Assembly (NCBI GenBank): GCA_050953885.1
Contig: JBMNNJ010000001.1
Span: forward strand, 9,137 to 73,136
DNA length: 64,000 nt
Direction of reading: 5' to 3'
Source of the DNA: Patescibacteria group bacterium
Lineage (GTDB): Bacteria > Patescibacteriota > Microgenomatia > 0-14-0-10-38-17
Within the stretch, counting starts at the first letter, position 1; the number at the start of each line of letters is the position of its first letter. A program made the translations under genes and the position numbers. Below are positions 56,863 to 64,000 of this stretch, one piece after another. The notes under the pieces are model-generated. The model was not told where the DNA came from and searched no databases. It was given only the letters and a program-made list of their open reading frames with translations.

Positions 56863-58073
56863 TGGTTAATTAATTTGGTAATATATTTTACTTCTTTGGT
56901 GGCGATCGTCGGTTGGGTAGGTAGGTTGAGGCATTGCTGGCAAGTTTCTTCGGTAATGGGGCATTGGCCCTTTTGATAGTTTAAAAAAGAGAGATTATTG
57001 GCAGGAGTAATCGGCTGGGGATACCAGTGCTTGCCAATAATAACGCCGTGTTTTTTAAGATATAATTTTAACTTTTCGGGTTTTTCTAAAAGAATGGGGT
57101 AGCGAAGATATATTCCCTCCTGATTCCAAGGAGGTTTGGTAATTTTTGGCTGATGAAGATTTTCTTGGTAATAAAGAGCATTTTTTTGCCGTTGCCGATT
57201 AAAGCGGGTTAGTTTTTTAAGCTGATGATTGGCCAGAGAAGCCAATGGTTCCGGCAGGCGGCGGGGGAAGAAAGGGGGAGTTTGTTGGTCGCGTTCCTTA
57301 GGATAAATTGCTTTAGAAATTAGTTTTGTTTTTTGTGATAAAAAAAGGATAAGTTTGCCTAAATAAAGAGAATAGGTTTTTTTTGATAAAAAACTAATCG
57401 GAGGATGAAGAAGCTGTTGCGCGGTCCAAAAAAAAGAAGGATAGGGCAGGGATTGGTAAAGATTTTCTACCGGTTTAACTAAATTTTTGTTGTTTACCAG
57501 CAGGGCTCCGCCAAAAACGGAGGAGATAATCTTATCGCGGCCAAAACTTAACATGGTAATGTCGCCAAAACTGCCAATTTTTTTCTCCCGATAAGTTGCT
57601 CCTAGGCTGTGGGCGCCATCTTCGATCAAGTAAAGCTTCTTTTTTTGGCAATAGGTGGTGATTTTTTCCATGTTTGCCGGCTGCCCAAAAGTATGCTGAA
57701 CAATTAAGGCTTTGGCGACTGGATTTTGGGGAAGAATATCAGGGTTGAGGTTAAAATCTTCTTTTTGGATGTCAAGATATTCCGGTGTTAGGTTGTTCCA
57801 AAGAATGGCGTTAGGAACGGTGCTACAGGTAAAAGCTTGTAAAAGAATTTTTGAGCCCGGCGGCAGATTAAGCGCTTTTAAGCCCAACATTAAAGCGGAA
57901 CGGCCGGCATTAAAAAGAAAAATCGCCTGTGTTTGCGGAAATAACTGCTGCAGACTTTCTTTAAGTTTTTCTTGGTTTTTTTTGCCGGTCCACGAGAAGG
58001 GAGAGGAAAGCCATCTTAAAGCCAGAAAGACATCATCGGACTCAAGGTTGGGAGATAAAGAAATATGGATCAT
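56850..58073 (-). CDS. DegT/DnrJ/EryC1 PLP-dependent aminotransferase-like protein
   Basis: GRSAL, QAFTC, QHTFG, IEDGAH, SFGRDK, LNLPT. Confidence 0.82.
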   Translation of the reverse strand: MIHISLSPNLESDDVFLALRWLSSPFSWTGKKNQEKLKESLQQLFPQTQAIFLFNAGRSALMLGLKALNLPPGSKILLQAFTCSTVPNAILWNNLTPEYLDIQKEDFNLNPDILPQNPVAKALIVQHTFGQPANMEKITTYCQKKKLYLIEDGAHSLGATYREKKIGSFGDITMLSFGRDKIISSVFGGALLVNNKNLVKPVENLYQSLPYPSFFWTAQQLLHPPISFLSKKTYSLYLGKLILFLSQKTKLISKAIYPKERDQQTPPFFPRRLPEPLASLANHQLKKLTRFNRQRQKNALYYQENLHQPKITKPPWNQEGIYLRYPILLEKPEKLKLYLKKHGVIIGKHWYPQPITPANNLSFLNYQKGQCPITEETCQQCLNLPTQPTIATKEVKYITKLINQWPA

Positions 58074-59635
58074 TAGTTTAATCTGCTAATTGTTTTAACC
58101 AGGCTTGAGGGTAAGCGGCCTTCCAAAAGAATTGTCGCCGGCGTTTTAATTAATTCTTTTAGCTCTTCAAACTTAATGTTTGGTTTGACAAGATGAATTT
58201 TCTCTTTGTCTTTTCCTAAACCGGCCTGAAATGATTTTAGCAAAGAGGGAGAAGTAGTTAAAATTAAATCAGTAAACCTTGATTTCTTGCCTAAATTTTT
58301 ATGAATGGCAAACCCGTTTTTTCCTAACTCCTTAATGCCATCGCTAACAAGAATTTTAAACCCCTTTGATTTGGCAAGAATACCCAGCGCCGCCTCAAAT
58401 CCAACAGGGTTGCTATTGTAGGAATCATCAAGCAGGGTGATGTGAGGGGAAATGATTTTGATTTTTATCCCCGAATCGATTTCCGGCAGGTTGGCAACTG
58501 CTTTTTTAAGGTGCTTTTGGGGGACTCCCAAAGTTAGGGCAACGGCTAAGGCGCCAGTTAGATTTTCTAAATCTTGGGGGAAAATTTTATTGGTAGTAAA
58601 TTTAATTTGGCCCTGACGGCTGTTTATCTTGAAAACAGTTTTATTTTCGCTTTTTTTGATAATTAATCCCAGAAAATCGGCTTTTTGCTGATTATTCTTT
58701 AAGGCATAGGTAATAATTTTTAAGTTATCTTTTTGGGCGCGTTGGATAATAGGTTTGGTGGAGGAATGGGTGGCGTTGACAAAAAGTACCCCTTTGAGTT
58801 TTAAACTTTGGGCGATTTCATATTTGGTTTTGAGAAGATTTTCTTTGTTTCCGAATAAGGCCAGGTGCTGGGGGGCGATACCGGTTATGAGGGCAAAATC
58901 GGGCTTAATAAGTTGGCAAAGAGCCTTGATTTCTCCTTTTTTGTAAGCGCCCATTTCGCAAAGAAAATATTTTGTTTGGCGATTAAGTGATTTAATCGCT
59001 TCCATTATTCCCAATTCGGTGTTATAGCTTGCCGGTGTTTTTACTGTTGGCGCATAGTCTTTCAAAAGTTCAAAAAGAAGATGTTTGGTTGATGATTTTC
59101 CGTAGCTGCCGGTAATGGCGATAACTTGAGGATGATATTGGCTCAAGGTTGAAACTATCCGGCGACGTTTAAATCTTAAGACGATTTTTAATAGTAGGCT
59201 GGTTAAAAAAGCGCTTGCCGGAAGGATAAAAAACCCCAGAAGATCAAACAAAATCAGAAGACTTAAATTTAGCTTTTTCCATTGAGAAATAAGAATAACG
59301 GTAAGCAAAAAAGAGTTGAAAAGAAAAATTAAACTTCTGAAGGTAATTTTAGGCCGTTTTAGCTGGCGGGAAAGTAATTCATAAGAAAGTTTTGCGGTCT
59401 CTGCCAATAAGATAGCCGGATAAAAAGAAGAGAGTGGTTTGAAAAAAATAACCGCCGCCAGCAGAAGCAATTTTGCCAACATCAAAAAAATTTCTGTTTT
59501 CCTTTGTCCTTCTTTTGTTTTCAAAAAAACCCAAAAGCGATCAAGACGGTATTCTTTTATTTGCCACCAAGAGGTTAGTAATAATTGGCGTCGGCAGAAG
59601 GCGATTGCCCAAATAAAGAGTAAAAATTTATTCAT
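58073..59635 (-). CDS. murF: MurF-like Mur ligase with N-terminal membrane domain
   Basis: ITGSYGKSSTK, SYNT..G, EMGAY..GEI, DDSYNSNP.G. Confidence 0.75.
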   Translation of the reverse strand: MNKFLLFIWAIAFCRRQLLLTSWWQIKEYRLDRFWVFLKTKEGQRKTEIFLMLAKLLLLAAVIFFKPLSSFYPAILLAETAKLSYELLSRQLKRPKITFRSLIFLFNSFLLTVILISQWKKLNLSLLILFDLLGFFILPASAFLTSLLLKIVLRFKRRRIVSTLSQYHPQVIAITGSYGKSSTKHLLFELLKDYAPTVKTPASYNTELGIMEAIKSLNRQTKYFLCEMGAYKKGEIKALCQLIKPDFALITGIAPQHLALFGNKENLLKTKYEIAQSLKLKGVLFVNATHSSTKPIIQRAQKDNLKIITYALKNNQQKADFLGLIIKKSENKTVFKINSRQGQIKFTTNKIFPQDLENLTGALAVALTLGVPQKHLKKAVANLPEIDSGIKIKIISPHITLLDDSYNSNPVGFEAALGILAKSKGFKILVSDGIKELGKNGFAIHKNLGKKSRFTDLILTTSPSLLKSFQAGLGKDKEKIHLVKPNIKFEELKELIKTPATILLEGRLPSSLVKTISRLN

Positions 59636-60357
59636 AAACTAAGAAACCAGCGATCAATTTCTTGAGCGAGGTTTTTGGGTTGGTTATAAGGGAGACAGTG
59701 GTCTTCGTTGGGAAAAACCTTAAGAGTTGAGCCAACAATGGTTTTTTTTAAAAAATAAGCGTCAGCAACAGGGGTGGTTTTGTCTTTTTTGCCCCAAAGA
59801 ATGAGGGTGGGAATTTTAATTTGTTTTGCTTTTGGTTTTAAGCTTTCCTCGACAATATTCTTAAAGGTTTCTCTTTTTGTTACGGAAACAATTTGTTTAT
59901 AGTCGCCGGCGCCGGCCAAACGGTAACCAACCTTTTCTAAAAGGCGATAGGCGTCGGGAGATAAATTCTTCAGCGGGCTAAGGCTTTTGGCCGTGGTTTT
60001 AAAAAAGAATCTTTTGAGGGGATTATTGCGGGAAATACCGGCGGCGGCGCAAAGAACAAGAGAATTTAGTTTTGCTTGATTTTTATTTTCCAAGGCCATT
60101 TTCAGGCCAATTCGTCCTCCAAAAGAATGGCCAAAAAGAGAATAAGGCTTGTTTTTAAAAAACTCTCTTGCCTTATCGTCAAGGTAACGGCAGAAATCCT
60201 CTAGCTGCCAAGGAGTTTTTGGTTCAGGAAGGTCAAAAAAAGGCAGTTTGGGTAAAAAGATTTCCCAGCCGAGTTTTTGTAGTTCTTCTTGTAAGGGTTC
60301 AAGTTTTTGGCTGCCCGCTCCCCAGCCGTGGACAAGACAAAGACGCTTAGCGTTCAC
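59632..60357 (-). CDS. alpha/beta hydrolase
   Basis: VHGWG, GHSFGG, WG.KD..TP, C-terminal His. Confidence 0.85.
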   Translation of the reverse strand: MNAKRLCLVHGWGAGSQKLEPLQEELQKLGWEIFLPKLPFFDLPEPKTPWQLEDFCRYLDDKAREFFKNKPYSLFGHSFGGRIGLKMALENKNQAKLNSLVLCAAAGISRNNPLKRFFFKTTAKSLSPLKNLSPDAYRLLEKVGYRLAGAGDYKQIVSVTKRETFKNIVEESLKPKAKQIKIPTLILWGKKDKTTPVADAYFLKKTIVGSTLKVFPNEDHCLPYNQPKNLAQEIDRWFLSL

Positions 60358-60536
60358 AATAACTAATTATATCACCTATAAAGATGTTTTGTATAAAACA
60401 AGAATGCTTATAGGGCATATGGTATTCACTCTGCGTGGAAAATCGGGGCGGGCGATTCTTGAATATGGCGTAAATTTGGAGTATTGAAAAAGCAATTTGG
60501 GAAAAGCGTCGGTTTTTTGCTATACTTATAATCAGG

Positions 60537-60998
60537 ATGATTTTAGGAATTGATCCGGGCGTGGCTTCCACCGGCTGGGCGGTTTTGGATAAAAATAAAT
60601 TAATCGCCTCGGGATGTATTAAAACGAGCAAAAAAGATGATTTTTCTTGCCGCTTAAGCCAAATTTATCAGGAAGTGGCGGAAATTTGTTCCCGCTGGCC
60701 GGTGGCAGACTTGGCGATTGAGGAGATTTTTTTTGCCAAGAATGCCAAAACAGCCTTGAAAGTGGCCCAGGTGATGGGGGCGATTAAAACTGCGGCGCAA
60801 AACAGCGGCGTGCAGGTTTTTGGTTACACTCCTTTGCAAATTAAAATTGCCGTGGTGGGTTATGGCCGGGCGGAGAAAAAACAGGTGGAGTTAATGGTAG
60901 AACAAATGGTAGTTTTGAATGAAAAAATTAATTCTCACCATGCCGTTGACGCCTTGGCGGCGGCGCTTACTCATCAAGTAATTTTTAAAAATGATTAG
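60537..60998 (+). CDS. ruvC: Holliday junction resolvase RuvC
   Basis: ILGIDPG, AIE.IFF.KN, P.QIK.AVVGYG.A.K.QV, DALA.A. Confidence 0.95.
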   Translation: MILGIDPGVASTGWAVLDKNKLIASGCIKTSKKDDFSCRLSQIYQEVAEICSRWPVADLAIEEIFFAKNAKTALKVAQVMGAIKTAAQNSGVQVFGYTPLQIKIAVVGYGRAEKKQVELMVEQMVVLNEKINSHHAVDALAAALTHQVIFKND

Positions 60999-61587
60999 CG
61001 GCATTATCGGCCAAATTACCAATTTAGACGGCCAACGGGCGGATATTCTTTCTGGCGCGCTTATTTTCTCGGTTTTTTTGCCCAAATTAGTGGCGCAAGA
61101 AGTAAAAGTGGGCGAGGAAAGAACTTTTTACACCTATCTTTCCCTCACCGACAAAGGGGTGGAGCTTTTTGGTTTTGCCTTTCCCGAGGATGTGGCTACT
61201 TTCAGACTGCTTTTAACCGTTTCTGGGGTAGGACCGAAGATGGCTTTACGGATTTTTGATAACCAAAAAGGAGAGGAAATTCAGGCGGCCATCGATCGGG
61301 CGGACGTGGATTTTTTTACCCAAATTAAGGGTTTAGGGAAAAAGACCGCCCAAAGAATTGTGGTGGATTTAAAAGCGGTTTTTGAAAGGAAAAGGGAAGA
61401 GGAGGAAAAAACTTTTTGGGAAAAAGAATCTCTTCTTGCCAATGCCTTAAAGCAACTGGGCTTTGACAGGAAGGAGATTAAGGAGGTTTTAGCCTCTTTG
61501 CCAGCCGGGTTTGAAACCGATGAGGAAAAAGTGGCCTGGGCGCTTAATTTTTTATTAAAAAGCAATCATGGAGAAAGAACAGAATAA
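60991..61587 (+). CDS. ruvA: Holliday junction branch migration protein RuvA
   Basis: LFGF, VSGVGPK.A, GLGKKTA.RI. Confidence 0.92.
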   Translation: MISGIIGQITNLDGQRADILSGALIFSVFLPKLVAQEVKVGEERTFYTYLSLTDKGVELFGFAFPEDVATFRLLLTVSGVGPKMALRIFDNQKGEEIQAAIDRADVDFFTQIKGLGKKTAQRIVVDLKAVFERKREEEEKTFWEKESLLANALKQLGFDRKEIKEVLASLPAGFETDEEKVAWALNFLLKSNHGERTE

Positions 61588-62560
61588 TAGTTACCAAGGA
61601 TTACGGCCCCAAACGCTGGCGGATTTTATCGGCCAGCAAAAACTTAAAGAGCAGTTGAAAATTTTTATTGACGCGGCGAAGGGGCGGCAGGAGCCATTGG
61701 ATCACGTCCTTTTTTACGGCCCGCCGGGACTGGGAAAAACCACTCTGGCTTCTCTTTTGGCCAAAGAAATGGGAACGGCTTTTCACCCCACCTCGGGGCC
61801 GGTTTTAACCCGCTCCGGCGACTTGGCGTCAATTTTAACTTCTCTTGATGAAGGCGATATTCTTTTTATTGATGAGATTCACCGTTTAACCAAACCGGTA
61901 GAGGAAACGCTTTATCCGGCGATGGAGGATTATGTTTTAGATATTGTCGTTGGTAAGGGTCCTTCGGCGCGCACGCTGCGGTTAAAATTGAAAAAATTTA
62001 CCGTGGTGGGGGCGACGACGCGAATCGGTTTAATTTCCTCGCCCATGCGGGAACGATTTGGTTTTGTCCACCAGATTGATTATTATGATGAGGAGAGCCT
62101 CCAGCAAATTGTCCTAAATTCGGCTAAGGTTTTGGGGGTGAAAATCGAGGAAAAAGCGGCGCGGGAAATTGCCCAGCGCTCGCGTGGCACTCCTCGCACC
62201 GCCAACTGGCTTTTAAAAAGAGTGCGTGATTTTTCCCAAATAAAAAATAGGAGTAAAATTGATTTTAGCTCTGCCAAAGAAGCCTTGGCAAAATTGGAGG
62301 TGGATCAATTAGGGCTCACCCGTAGCGATCGCCGCCTTTTGGAGCTGATTATTACCCAATATGGCGGCGGCCCGGTAGGGTTGGAGAATTTAGCCGCTGG
62401 TTTAGCGGAGGATGTGCGAACGATTACCGATTTTTATGAACCCTATTTGATGAAGCTGGGTTTTTTGGAAAGAACACCACGCGGAAGGGTGGTGACCTCA
62501 GAAGCCAAAAAATATTTAAAAATTGGGGATGGTATTTTTCAGGAAAAACTGGTAGAGTAA
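61568..62560 (+). CDS. ruvB: Holliday junction helicase RuvB
   Basis: [42 protein letters not shown]. Confidence 0.97.
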   Translation: MEKEQNNSYQGLRPQTLADFIGQQKLKEQLKIFIDAAKGRQEPLDHVLFYGPPGLGKTTLASLLAKEMGTAFHPTSGPVLTRSGDLASILTSLDEGDILFIDEIHRLTKPVEETLYPAMEDYVLDIVVGKGPSARTLRLKLKKFTVVGATTRIGLISSPMRERFGFVHQIDYYDEESLQQIVLNSAKVLGVKIEEKAAREIAQRSRGTPRTANWLLKRVRDFSQIKNRSKIDFSSAKEALAKLEVDQLGLTRSDRRLLELIITQYGGGPVGLENLAAGLAEDVRTITDFYEPYLMKLGFLERTPRGRVVTSEAKKYLKIGDGIFQEKLVE

Positions 62561-62779
62561 AAAACTTAGGCAACGGATTGGCGTTTTTTTAGTTTCGGTT
62601 TATTATAAGTAGATAGTTTATAATTACAAAGATAAGATTAGATATCAAATATCAATCCGCCAGCTGGCGGAGCAAAGTCAAAATCAAAGACCAAAATTAA
62701 AGATAGATAATGTTTTTAAACTTTAATCTTGGTTTTGCTCTTTGCTCTTTGCGTTTTACATTTATTTTTCTATTTTTAT

Positions 62780-63391
62780 ATGTCTGAAATTTCCGTCGGT
62801 AAACTAGTCAAGGGGGATACTTTTTACTTTAACAACCGGCCTTTTGTGGTTTTGGAGGTGCGGTCAAAGCATTTGGGCCGGGGAGGAGCCATTTATCGGG
62901 TAAAAATGCGCGATTTAAAGCAGGGAACAATTTTGACTAAGGCCTTTCGGCCCACCGAAAAATTTGAGGAGGTAGCAAGCGAAATTCTGGGAGTCAATTT
63001 TCTTTATGCCGATGGGGAAGAAGCCTATTTTATCAACCCCCGGACTTTTGAGCAATTAAGCCTTTCGTTGGATAAAATTGGCGAGGGAGCGCCTTTGCTT
63101 AAAGAGGGCGAAAATTATCGCCTAAGGTTGGTTGATGGCGAGCCGGTAGACTTGATGATGCCGCCAAAGATAAGAAGACGGGTGATTGAGGCGCCGGAAG
63201 CGGTGCGTGGCAATACGGCGACAGCGGCCACTAAATGGGTGACAGTTGAGGGGAATGTTAAGGTAGAAACGCCTCTTTTTATTAAAAAAAATGATGTGAT
63301 TATTATTGACACCCGAACACTTACTTATGAGGCCAAAGATACTGGCGAGAATAAAGGAGGTGAGGATAATGAACCAAAAGAATCAAGATAA
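62780..63391 (+). CDS. efp: elongation factor P
   Basis: GRGGA loop, FLY.DG...F....FEQ, RGNTA..A.K, P.FI. Confidence 0.85.
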   Translation: MSEISVGKLVKGDTFYFNNRPFVVLEVRSKHLGRGGAIYRVKMRDLKQGTILTKAFRPTEKFEEVASEILGVNFLYADGEEAYFINPRTFEQLSLSLDKIGEGAPLLKEGENYRLRLVDGEPVDLMMPPKIRRRVIEAPEAVRGNTATAATKWVTVEGNVKVETPLFIKKNDVIIIDTRTLTYEAKDTGENKGGEDNEPKESR

Positions 63392-63713
63392 AGGGGTAAA
63401 AAAGAATGTTTTGGCAGCGGCCTTAGGCGCTTTGGCGGGAGGCATTGCCGGTATTCTTTTTGCGCCTAAATCAGGCAAGGAAACTCGGGGGGACATCAAG
63501 AAAGCGGTGGAAAGAGCCGCGGCGGAGATTAAAGAGAAAGCAGAGGAAGCGCGCGATCTGACGGTGGAAAAATATCAGGCGATTGTTGACGAGGTAACCG
63601 AAGAGTATCAGGAGTTAAGAGAGTTGAGCGCCGAAAAATTAGGAGAAATAAGAGAAAACCTCTACAAGAATTACCAGAAAGTAAAGAAAGGAGGGAAGAA
63701 AACTTCTGCTTAA
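63369..63713 (+). CDS. YtxH domain protein
   Basis: G..AG.IAGILFAPKSGKETR. Confidence 0.85.
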   Translation: MNQKNQDKGVKKNVLAAALGALAGGIAGILFAPKSGKETRGDIKKAVERAAAEIKEKAEEARDLTVEKYQAIVDEVTEEYQELRELSAEKLGEIRENLYKNYQKVKKGGKKTSA

Positions 63714-63769
63714 GAACTACCCCCTTGCGATTTAGCAGATTTTGTGGTAGACTGCTAAAAGTAATAAAG

Positions 63770-64000
63770 ATGCCTATTTTACTAAAACCGGAAACACGAG
63801 GAGAGGGGAAAGAAATGGCGGTGGTGGCCCTAAGGGACACGGTGATTTTTCCCGATAATGAACTGCCAATTACTTTTGGCCGGCCAGAATCCGTTAAGGC
63901 AGTTTTGGAGGCTTACCAAGAAAACAAAGAGGTTTTTTTGGTGGCCCAGAGAAATCCCCGCCTTAACAAGCCGGGCTGGAAAGGAATTTATGAAGTGGGG
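63770..64000 (+). CDS. lon: Lon protease, N-terminal part (runs off the window)
   Basis: VVALRD.VIFP....PI.FGR..S..A...A......FLVAQ...IYEVG. Confidence 0.8.
   Translation, partial: MPILLKPETRGEGKEMAVVALRDTVIFPDNELPITFGRPESVKAVLEAYQENKEVFLVAQRNPRLNKPGWKGIYEVG

Noticed and set aside
1016-63840. Numerous short antisense or alternate-frame ORFs in the ORF track
   Set aside because: They lie within well-supported genes and show no motifs

Overview
64 kb of a small-genome bacterium. Gene content, short proteins, apparently leaderless genes and REP-packed spacers suggest a CPR/Patescibacteria (Microgenomates-like) organism, which is an inference. Core blocks are secD/secF, cca, recJ, relA/spoT, aspS, dacA, gltX, folC and tRNA-Gln (1-19.7 kb); xseAB; iscS/iscU, tatD and an ABC exporter pair (43-50.7 kb); and femAB-degT-murF-hydrolase, ruvCAB, efp and the start of lon (55.8-64 kb). 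Accessory material includes an AT-rich island after tRNA-Gln with two nuclease/glycosylase-like genes, a patchwork of single genes and remnants (23.5-35 kb), two apparently identical 1223-bp IS copies each with its own 5-bp target duplication, and a vapBC pair. Highlights: (i) an AT-rich GreA-CYTH-radical SAM-PRTase-like / NDK cassette bounded by direct copies of a dif-like site, a candidate nucleotide-analogue (defence?) system; (ii) a 357-aa LAGLIDADG intein inserted just before an Fe-S ligand cysteine of IscU; (iii) two candidate structured non-coding RNAs (about 30.9-31.2 kb and 23.05-23.23 kb). All calls come from reading motifs by eye; no searches or folding were run.
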